Assembly (NCBI GenBank): GCA_040954595.2
Contig: CM082585.2
Span: 10,342,564-10,406,563 of the forward strand
Origin: Balanoglossus misakiensis
Taxonomy: Eukaryota > Animalia > Hemichordata
Length of the DNA stretch: 64,000 nucleotides
Direction: 5' to 3'
A model generated the notes under the pieces. That model was not told the DNA's origin. It ran no database searches and was given only the letters and a program-made list of their open reading frames with translations. A program made the position numbers and the translations under genes. This document shows positions 15,038-27,000 of this stretch, in pieces (the first letter of the stretch is position 1; each line of letters starts with the position of its first letter).

Positions 15038-18000
15038 ATGACAGAGAGCGGACCAACCTACGTACGGGCGCTGTTCCCATTTGCGGGAACCAACGAGGAC
15101 GAGTTGGTCTTCGTCAAAGGAGATGTTATCCAGTTAACTCAGATGGTGGAAGGGGGTTGGTGGGAAGGGACGCTCAGCGGGAAGACAGGCTGGTTTCCTA
15201 GCAACTACGTGAAAGAGTTAAAACTAGGTGAGAGGACAATATGCAATTTCAATGAGAAATTGAAGTTGCAGTGTTGTTTTGAAAGCAATGTACATGCATG
15301 TGTGTCACATGCATGTACATTGCTTTCATTTGAGAATTGGTCCTGTCATCTGCAAGTGAAAGCATAGCGTATATTACAGTATTCGATGTCGCTTGCAACC
15401 CAGGACCGAGGTCAGGGCCGAGGTCATTGCACATGTACTTGACCTAGTTTTTGACAGTTTTTCGCATGCGCTGAATCATCCTACCAAAGTTAGTCGGCAA
15501 ATAATGTGCTTGCTTTGAGTTTGAAATGACTTGTGAAGTACATGACAGGTCCTGTCATCAAATGAAATATTCTAATAGGTTTATGATACAGCTGAGATAC
15601 TGTTGAATCCCCAGGGAAGCATTATATGTAAGGATAATGTACCGTAAAATTAGTTGGATGTTATTAATAGTTACATGACAACGGCTTTCTTCTTTTGATA
15701 ATATCTCTCCAAGATAAAACGAAAAATTTGCTGATATTGAAAGCTAGTTAAATGTCAGCCATGCTCCCAAATGATTTCAACATTGCTCCTCAGGGTTTTA
15801 AAACGAAATAGTCCAGGATAATTCGTGTCAGGATAATTCTTAGCAGAAAAACTATAATCCACAAAAGTGTAAAATATATCAGAGATGAATAGCCAATGCA
15901 TATGTAGCTAATTTAACATTTACTCGACTTGTGGATGACAGCTGGTGACCTCGTAGTGGCCTGACAGTGACCTGATGGTACCATGGCAAGGCTAGGCTGG
16001 TCATGTGATGTTCTCCTGGTGTGATTTATTTATATAATTAGAGTGGGTCACTTGCCCTGATGTTGATCTCTTTCGGATCCTGTAGTCGGGTGTGGTCGGC
16101 CTGTTACTGTGCCTTTATGCTATTTGACCTCATGACCATAGTAACAGGCCGACCACACCCGACTACAGGATCCGAAAGAGATCAACATCAGGGCAAGTGA
16201 CCCACTGGAAAAATAGACAGACTAGCTTACGATTGAATTGCGCATCGTGGTTCCCTGCTAACCTTTGACCTAGACTATGGTCACAGAAACCGCTTATCAG
16301 TTTTTTGAAATAGCAAAACTTTGTACTGAATCATGATAACCTGTGACCTTGTCATAATGTGTAGTGATCAGAGAACTAAAAGTTCATAAGCTACCCCCAA
16401 AAATCTAATTTCTTATTTTGATTTAGCTGTGGGATAGCCTGTATCGCATAACAGGAACATGGTATCATATGGCTAATTTTCCATTGAAGGGTAAAAGGTC
16501 ATGAGAGATATATGGTCTGTTATTTGTTATCTCAGGATATCAACCAGGAATTGGGTTGGGGTTTCTTTTTTGAAGAATTATGTTTCAGATCAAATTATCT
16601 TCAGAGGTGTACATTATACATTAGCATAAACTGACATCAGTATCACCCTCGGTAATTCTCTTTTGGTGAAAAATTATAACAAGATTGATATTTCATACTG
16701 TTGCATAAATACTGCTCATTAGGATTAAATTATAATAGGTTTGGATATGCTTGACTTGTGATTGGGTTGAATTTAAATTCACTTTATTGATGGCATGCCT
16801 GAGGCTCATAAAATTTAATGAGTATAACTCTTAGTTGTCTCGGTTTTACAGAGACCATGACTGGCTTTTGTGCCATAAAATGTGACCCCTGTTATGTACA
16901 TCTAGCACGTTTTAGATTGGCCAATAATAGGTTAATAGAATGTGTGTGAAAACATGCCTGTACTTTCTAAGAATCATGAAAACGGTATGAATCAATAGGG
17001 CTAAAGTAATTTGCTACATACATGTACGTTAACTTATGTGTTGCCCACAGGAGAATGGCCCGATTGTTGCCAATTGTATTATGTGTAACCTTGTGTCACG
17101 TCAGAATTACTTCCCCAGGAACAAATAGGGAATTTTCTATCTCAAGAGGGCTCACTTTACTCGCTCTGTATATGCATGAGGGATTCGTGGTTCTCTGACA
17201 GCAACGAGTAACATTGCACCACCAGTGGCAGAACAGGGAGAGGCACGACTCTGCAGCCATCCTGTTAAATAGGTTCACTTAGGTGTACATGTATTCAGTT
17301 GCCGTATAATCACATATTTGCTTGAAAATGTTTGCTTTGCAGAAGTACCAGGGAAGGTCACAACTTTGTCACCTTGACGTTGTCAACAAAGAAAAAAGAG
17401 GGCAAATTTACCTTACCAAATCAGATTTTAAAGATAACAATTAACTAAGGCGACGATAGGCAAAAATGCATGCTGAGACTTGTTTCAGTGGTATTTAGAC
17501 ATTTTTCAAATTTCAGAAGTGCTCAGCCTACAGAAAATTTGTGTTTTGTGAGTTATTTTTGTGGTTCTGCATACTCACAGAACTTTTCATGGTTAAAGCT
17601 GTATTCTGAGACTTCTTGTAGACAACATGTAAATACTGCCCAGGTAATTTATGGTCTGTACCATAAATTATATCATAAACGTCCTGATATGTTTACTAGG
17701 CTCATTTCCTAGGTATGTGAGAAGAGTTTTAACCACTAATCGAACATATATCAGTAAGCAGAACATAACTATCAAAAAGACCTAAAATAACCAAGATAAT
17801 GTCAGAAGTGGGTGACTTTGTCCCTTTAAACTGTGTGCACGTGGTAGTTGAAGTTTCTCTAGAGGTCATTGAAAGTGCAAATATAGCTCAACGGTTCAAC
17901 ATGCCATCAATCAAGTGACCTTCATTGCTAAAACGTATACATGTGCATTGTGATTGTGTTCTCAGGTGTTTCGTCTTTGGTCAGATAAAGAAAGATTAAA

Positions 18001-21000
18001 CACAAAAGATATTAACACTTTTAAGGGTCTGTTAATAGCTTTGCGATGTCAGCTGTCATACACCTCATGTTGGTTTAAATTTGGGTTAATATTCTAAATC
18101 GGAAAAAGTGGCAAACACTTTATCCTAAGGAAAAATACTTTTTTCTTGCTTTAACCACTTGATATGGTCATTTAAAAGATCTCTCTGACAAGATGTAGAC
18201 ACCAGCTCCTTCATTGTTGTGAGTTTGTGTCATGGCTCATAAAAACGTGTACTACATCATCAATTTGTGTGTAATGGCCTACTCACTGGATACTCATGCC
18301 TGCAATTTGCTTTTTATATGAGATTGGTATACAATGTACCATCGGTAGGGAACAGCCACTACTTTGTTGAGACATTTTCTCAGAGATTCCAATTTGTGAA
18401 ATCTCAAACACCTGCAAAAGTCCAGAAATGACTCTATTTGAGTCGACTTTTGTTGCCATTTGCAAGTCTGTCACCCCAAACTAGACTAGACAACACCCTC
18501 TTTATTCATTGAATTTCACCTTACCAGTAAATTGGTATCTATAACACCAGTCAGTGTCACTAGGGTAAACTATTCGACGTAATTATATGAACATCCTGTT
18601 GGGGAGAAACTGGGGCGGCCACTGCTCTATAAGCCGGGACAGGAAGTCATTTGTCTGTACGTGCGACTGAAGTGTGACTCAATACAAAATGACTATAATT
18701 TTGTCGTCCGTAAATAAAAACCTGACAGTCAGTATTACCTGAGATACAATAGAAGATGACCTCACCCAGTTGTACAAATCTAAAGGACGTCCGTCTTAAA
18801 TACAAATATTTATACAGTACCATTGTAACCCATTCCATGAGGTTTTGTCCTTAAATAGTCCGAAGTCACCACATTGTAGATTTTTGGGCAGAACATTAAA
18901 TACCTTGTAAAATTATCTAAAATGCTTGAAATTTTTGAAAAGTTTTAAACTTGGATACTTAGATGAATTAACTTAAACAAAAGGAAATGCCTCTATTTAG
19001 AAATTAACAAGATCGTTGGATCTCTTCATGTTAATAAATTATCAAAAAATATGTAAGGCACATTTTTACGGTGTCATGTATGTGTGTGCACTATGTCATT
19101 GACCTGTGTCGGCCGTTCTCACCCAATCAAACTGTGCCCTTAGAGTTCATCCATTAATCGCCATGACAACACCTGTGGACAGAAACATGTTGAGTGCGGA
19201 GGCAAATGGAGGACAGCTGTGCGTGAAGTTAGTGACCATGGTTCTCTCACAGCGGCACAACAGCCCTTCAGAGGGACCATGCTTCTATGTTAAATAATCT
19301 CCTTTGTGTTTAATTTTGACTCTGTTTAGTGTATATACACACATTGGTCCATTGTGAGTCCTCAATGAGTTGCTGAAAAGATCACACAACAAAACAAAAA
19401 AGGTGAAAGAAAATGGTGACCTATCATTGAACTCTGCGACCTTGGAAACAGTTTTCCTTTCAGATTACAAAAAAAGGACAAACTTTTCACCTGGGACAGT
19501 TTGTAACAAAGTGACAACCATATAAAACGATCTAAGCCCCAAGATGCTCATTTTATAAATCACTCAGAAAAATCCAGACTGACAGCGAAGAGTGGTGAAG
19601 AATTGTGGCCTGGTGATGACACTGAAGGGTGTTAGTTTTGTAATGTTTGATTTTTGTCTAGGTTGCGTGTTACAAGTTGCCACTTATTATCCACAAAGCT
19701 GAAACGAACTCTCTTATTCTGAATTATGCAAATGTGAACATTGTTCCCACCCGGCGGCGTTCTAACCACTTCCTGTTACAAATGATACTGCTGCTTGTAT
19801 AAAGGCAGTCGCACACTCATCGCAGCTGCACATGTCAGTACTTAGCTGCCGGGGACACTGACTCACAGCCAATTGTGTGTGGGTGCAACGGTATTGTTGA
19901 CATTTCCTCTCCCGTGGTGGGCCCAGCTCGACTACGATTATCCGGCCCGTCTAACTTCCACACCAGTCATTATGTGTTTACGCCGGAGCCAGTTAGGACC
20001 TGCTGCCGTCTGCTTTCCCGCGGAGAAGACTCGAAGTTGGATTTTCTGAATGACTTGGTCAAATGGTGGTAGTATCATGGGGTGCTTTCACTGGTGGAAG
20101 CGTGTGGTCGGGACGCGGAAAAAAGGCGTCAAGAAGAAGAGTAGGAGGACTACGATTAACGATGACTACAATTGGCATTATTTACATGGAAATACATTTA
20201 CATGTAAGGGCTTTAAGATTTCTCTTTTGGAAGGTAATCATTAGCAGGTATGTGTTTAATGACTATGCTGAATGGAGTGTAGACAAATAGGGATTAGTTT
20301 GGGTTCTCTCTTTGAAAAAAAGACGAGAGCAAACTTGGACGTGATGGATGATGTCGTTTACAAGATGCTTAGTGCAGTTGTTTAGTTTCATTGCAACATT
20401 TGATACTTTAATGAGAAAGTGGTTTCTGTTGCCAAAAGTCATCAGACAACTTTTTTAGATCGTAGACGTCATGTGAGACAAACGTTCAAAGGGCAAAAGT
20501 TATGCTACGTGTGCACTTTGAGGAACCTGTAGTTGCTACAGTTTGTGGAATCGCAAATTCAATGTGCATGAATGTTTTGGCGCTCGGATCTAAAAATACT
20601 TTTATTACCATATTTTTGGGATGTGGGGGTGTGTAAACTTGGGCCAGTTTGTTTTGACGCACAAACCACAAATATTTTGGGAAGTTGAAGTTTTGTTTTC
20701 ATTCAAGATTGACTCTTGTTTATACCTTGATAACACGTGTAGTTTGATGAAACCAGAGATGAAAATTACAGGTTTTAGAAAATAGCTGTACCGGAAGGTG
20801 ACTGCAGTTCGCTGACTGAACACTATTGTTATAGGACAGTGACCTGAGTCAGCTCAATCCAGCCTAAAGCTACGAGTTATTTATATGAAAGTTGTGTTGA
20901 TGCACTGGGTGAAATTTCTAAGGTTAGATTCTACATAACTATGACACGTGAATCGATAAAATTGGTGTCTACTGATTTCATGAATTTCTTTTGGGGAGAA

Positions 21001-24000
21001 CTTTGATCGTACCGGTAGTCATAATATTTCATTCGATAATACGGTTAGTCCACAGCTTTGGTTTCATGGTGCAATGCAGACTTTGTGAGAATCAATTAAG
21101 AACGACCTCGTACAGAGAAAAGGTAACCCATTGACAGTTTGACAAAAAAATATTTAGTGAGTAAAATTAACATCCAACAATACTGAAAGAACAGTCAAGT
21201 AATTGAAATTGCACGAGACTATTTTGATCTTGGCTTGTGTCCCAAACTCTCTTCACTTTATGTTGAATGATGGCAAACCTTGAACTCAGATTGAGTTCGA
21301 AATTGGTCATCATGCCGTAACTACTTTTGTCTGATTCCTCAGGGAATGAAATCTACCTTTAGGGGTGATTCCATTCCTGTTGCTAATAAAGGGGTGGGAG
21401 GGTTCAGGGAACGTGGTCTTATCACTTCTTGTTGGCCTTGGGAAGACTGTCTCGCATGCACAGTCCGAGAATTCTACAACCACATGATGGAGGAATGTAT
21501 GGGTTATCTGAAGTCTGGGTTGCCGCGCCGACAGGGTTGGGAAGATGAAGGACCTACCAAGTGGCTGTGTTTGTTGCCGCTCCAGACAATATTTACTCAG
21601 GCGATAATCAATTTCCTACAGCGGTAATCAGTCAAACCAAGGTCAAAGGTCATCGCGTAACTCTGTTACATTCCTGGTACGATTATCGTGCAGTCATCAT
21701 CCGTTAAAACGAGAGAAAAAAATGTCAGCTTCCACTTCTACTTCCAAAGCAAAATTAAAATTTAAACTTTTCAACATCAGTGGTTTACTTTTCTGTTCAA
21801 ATATTCCCATAACACAGGAAATATATATTAAAATTGTCAGGTAATATTTGCCGTTTCCTCGGATGTTTGGACTTGAAATACATGTACATCATCTTGATTT
21901 TGGCTGTGTAATCTGTCATTGGTGTCTGGATTAACTACTTTTTTATGCTTCAACTAATGTTGTGGCGCTTTCTGTGAGAATTTTCTGATATCTGAACATA
22001 GTAATTATTTCAATTCCTGTGGTAGGATGTGTGTTATCGTGTTTATATATAGAACTGGTCTATCTTTTAATTACATTGTATTTCTTTCTTTCTTTGTGGC
22101 AGTTTGAACCTCCAGAAATGGAAGTTGGTACCTGGAAAATGTTGAAAGATTAAAAATTTGGTCCTGAGTTGCATTTCTGTGCTGGGGAACTTTTCCCTCA
22201 AAATTTCTCATTCTAGGAAGTTGAGATTTCTTTGTGGTTGTGTGTGTAAACCAGACATGACTGCAAATAAAGTCGCACCGATTATTAACAAGCAGATCGT
22301 TGCTGTAGAAAGTTGACAGGATCGGTGAGATTTCCTGACAGGATACAGTGGATTTAAGTTTTATGAGTCATCACCTTGATTTGGAATACAGACGCAACAT
22401 TCACTGGTAACTTCACTTTTTGTGAATTAAGAGGACTTCCACAAAATTGCGATACAGCAGATTTTGGAAGTGAAGGGAATTCTGCACAGAAAAAACATCA
22501 ACAAAACACTGTGGAATTGTATCCATCTGTTTACGTGTCCTCACAAATAACAAAGTTGGAAAGTTTTCAGGTCCAAATGTAAAGTTGGACAGAATTCAGC
22601 ATCTGATAAAAAAAGTCGGTAAAGTGTTTTTCTGGCCATTTGCCGCCTCTTTGTTTTGTTAAATCATTCTCTGCCAAGATTCAAGAAAACAGAGCTCTTG
22701 AAAACTATTGAATTGTAGCCAAGCTGAAAAATACCCATATCCCCTGTACCCACAACTCAATTCAGTGAGTTGAAAACATATTCTAAAGCCTTAGCAAAAA
22801 CACTGAGTTTTCATTATCTCAGCATCAGTGTGTTTGTGAGTATTGCCCTGTAGAATCAAGGTGCTAGGTATATTAAAAGAGCTCTTTACACCGTTATTTG
22901 AGCCAGGATATAAATAGGGCTAATATGTCTGACCTTAAATGACCTTCAGCACTTTGATTATATTTATGTAACCTTTTTACTGCTAGACTTCATGCTGGCA
23001 AGAGTTTCTGAACAAATCTGATCTTTTTATTGTTTATCGAAACTGACGAATCTTTACTACTGAATGATAGTGGCAAAACTGGTTAAAGGGTTAAGTAAAA
23101 ATTGTGTGATTGAAGGAAGATTCTCTCTTACTCAATTGTCTCCATTTTTTTTCTCAGATACTTTGAGTCAGTCACGGTCTCCAGTGCAGAAATCCCAGTC
23201 ACCTGTTCCATTTTCATTAGACCAGAGTAAAGATTCAAAAGGATCGAAATATCATAGTTTGGTAAGTTCGACAAAAAAATTCAATCCCGGATCTGTCAAG
23301 TTCATCACAAGAAGACAAGGCTGCATTATTTATTGAGTCAAGGTTTTTTCCCATGGAGCCATGGTATTTACTACAGACCACATAGATGTTGCCGGGAATC
23401 CATATTGGTTGCTATGGCATCTGATTTCGTGCGTTCAGAACTACCAAGTAATGCTGTGTGAATGGTAGAAACGTGTGGAAAAGAACCTGTTGCGAATGAA
23501 CCTCTGAATTAATGAAAGTTTATCTAAACTCACTATGAAAATTTCACATTTCCGTTCTATTCAGTGTGCTTCATTATAACTTGAAATTTAAGACTTTGAA
23601 AGGTTTTTTGATAAGATTTTTCTACCAAGTCGGCACTTTGCTCAACCTGTATGGACACACAATACTTCCAGGTGTAAATAGGATAAATGAGGCATTTGAC
23701 TCTTGGCTCCAAGTCATAAATATTGCTCGGCTGAATATGAAAGGAATTTAAAACTTGGTAACACTCCCATCCTGTTGAATCAAAGGAATTTGTAGGTGTA
23801 ACGTCTTTTCAGAGAATCGAAGTATTTGTACTGCATTATGTTACATGGTGTGTTATCTCTTTACAATTTCTGTGCCAGGTACTTCAAAACATGATAGATT
23901 TTGAGAAAAAATATCTGAGTGACCTTCAGACGCTGCTGAATAAGTACCTACGACCTCTTGAAAGTACAAACATGTAAGTACCACTGCTGATTGGGTAGTT

Positions 24001-27000
24001 GTGACCTTTGAACTCTCCGATCACCAGCTCATATGAACTGCAGTGTTGTGTGATATTGTCTGTCATCATTGGAAACTATTGCTTAAAGTTTGGAATAAGA
24101 ATCAGGGGTCACCAAGCAAAATTTTGAATGAGAGAGTGAAACTGTCCTTAATATGAAATCCTTTGAGCTGGTTTGGTATCGTTTAAAACATGTTGTTTCA
24201 ACCGACTGTTTTTATGCACTAATCACTACTAACCATGAGTTGTGCAAAAGTGAAAGGTCAGCCATTTAGTTTCAATGGGCCTGTCAACACAATCGGTAAA
24301 TGCGAAGAGTAATGAAAGTTTCAAATCTTATCAACATTTTTTACAGCTGCAACAATTGCTGTTTCACCAGATTCACATTTGTCGTTCCAGGCCATGAATT
24401 GTGATAGTTTTCCAGGGACACAGTTTGTGGATTAGGGATAGATCTGGAAGGTTGCACGGAAAGCACTGTCAGACAGATGAAAAGGAACACTCATTTATGT
24501 TAATTCCCGAGATTGTTTTTTTTTTCTTTCCAGTTTAACACCCATGGAGCATTCTCGGCTCTGTGGGAATCTAGAAGACATCTTTGCCTTTCAACAGACT
24601 CTCCTGAGGGAGGTGGAGGAATTTGCCAAGTGAGTGCCAAATTTTCGTCTCCATTTTGCAGGGGAATGTTTTTAAGATTTCCCCCAGGAAGGAAGTAGCT
24701 GAGACCAATTTAAGTCGACAGAGGTCTAGTGTTCAGCTGATTACGACATCACTTTGTTTATTCTCACTCGAAGAACAGTAGACCATTTCTTTCCCAATCA
24801 GGAATTTTACCGCAATAATTCTCACTTTTCAAAAATTCTCATCAACATACATTATGTACAGAAATAAATATCTGCTTGTCATATACATTTAAACAAAGCT
24901 GATGAGTCTCGTTCAATGGATAATATATCACTTGATACGATGAAGACTATGTTTCATTTATTGTCACTGTTTGAAGAAAAGTCCAGTCTTGATACAAGAC
25001 ATTCAAAAGTGTGACATTTTAAAGAAAATATGTCATTTTTGTTTTTGTTTTTTGCAGTGTCGACAAGCAACAAAGAGCAGGTGCATGTTATTTAAAAGAA
25101 GCCCCACAGTTGCAGGCGTTGTACTCTATATACTGCAGCAATCATCCAAAAGCTGTAACCATTCTCAACTCAGACGAGTATAGGTAACTTCTGCTCAAAT
25201 TCTTTGATTTTATGGAGAAAAAAATGAAAATTGTACCCCAAGTTGCATTTAACTTGTGACGCTAAAGAAATGTGTTTACAGTCAACATAAACATCCTTGT
25301 TTTCCTCTCAAAATTTCAGTGACAAAGTTTACCCTTGACGCCACATTCATGAGTTGAACACCGGATACACCTACAGACATTTTGATAGCATCAGGTCTTC
25401 AAGTTTGCGTCAAGCTGCACTGACGTCACTGTCCATAATAAACAAACATTCTGGGTTTTTTTAATTTGTAGTGACAAGTTAGACAAGTTTATGGAAGGCC
25501 AAGGTTCGCCAAGCCCTGGCAGACTGACCCTGACAGCATTACTCAGCATGCCATTCCGGAGACTTGACAGATACCCACTGCTTTTGGATGAACTTGAGAA
25601 GCACACAGAGGTGAGAAATGATTGGTGGAATTTTCCCTGTCAAAATGTGGTGTCAAATTTTTAACATTGTCACATTTTTTCTCTATTTTCCCCTTAATTT
25701 TAGACCAAGTGGGCATATTTTTCCGCCGTCTGTAGGCCTTGATCAAAATTTTAGGGTGGAAATATATTTTATGTCCAAGTCTGTGACATAGAGTTTTGTG
25801 TGAACGCTCATGTGTGGTTATATATATTTTTTATATACAGGAGAGTCACCCAGACAGACAAGACGTCCACGCCGCGATTCAGATTTACAGAAATATTGTG
25901 GTAAGTTGAATCTAGAGACACTGTGGTAAGTTCAACTCTGAACTTCAAATCACAAGGTTGGGTGTTAACCCCTTCATCTCCATGGTTGGGTCCAACTCCA
26001 TTGTACTAGGTGGCAATGCTGGATCTCTATACAAATGGGGGGGGGGGGGTAAGGATGAAAGATTTAGTTCTGTTTTTTTGTTATTTTTACAGGCAATTTG
26101 TCTAGATATCCGGAAACAAAAAGAATTGGAGCAAGAAATTCTTTCAGGAGCTATCAGGCAGTGGGAGGGAGAGGTGAGTCTATATAAAAACTTCATGATT
26201 TGTCACAAAGATAAACGTTGCATGATGGACTTGCAGTGTTCACGGCGACTTAAATGATAACTGAGTTCTGTCGTAAATCATTTTGCAGGAAATTGCCTGT
26301 CTTGGTGAGATTATCAAAATGTCGCAAGTGACTCTCATCGGTGATGAGAAGAAAGAGAGGTTCCTTCTCATGTTCCCATCAGTGCTTGTGATGCTTTCGG
26401 TTAGCCAGCGGATGAGTGGATTCATCTATCAGGTTTGTAAAGTTAAGATCATCATCATCATCATCATTATCACCATGACAATCAATCTGATTAAAATCAG
26501 ATGTAGAGAACGGCGACTTGGTTTTTTTATGCTTTGAGGTCCTGTTGATGTTCATTTATTCATGTTGACTTATTTATTCTTTCATCAAATAACTCTCCCT
26601 TTCCATCCAACAGGGCAAGATTCCTCTGTCGGGAATTAGAGTCACCAAGTTAGAAGACAATGACGACCACTACCACGCTTTTGAAATCTCGGGAAATCTT
26701 ATAGATAAAATTGTTGTGCAGACGACAAGTCCAAAAGAACAGAATGATTGGATCGATTCCCTCCAGAGACAAAGCAAGTCTAGCCCAATACCGTCACAGC
26801 CAAGCTCTGGACAGGTGAATTGAACCACATGTTTTTAAGATTCAGTGATTTTGAAACTAAGCCTTAACAGCTGTCAATTATTTTCATGTTTTGAGTCAGT
26901 AAATCTTACTCTCAATGACATTTTTTTCAAAATATTGTTTAATTTTTGGCAGATTTCCCAACGTTCGACAAGCAGCACAGATAGCAGGAGTTCGGCAAGT

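Noticed and set aside
21484-21627. Another possible alternative first exon of ARHGEF7 (MMEECMGY...)
   Set aside because: The GTAATC donor falls in phase 2 for that frame while the next exon needs phase 1; the other frames contain stops.
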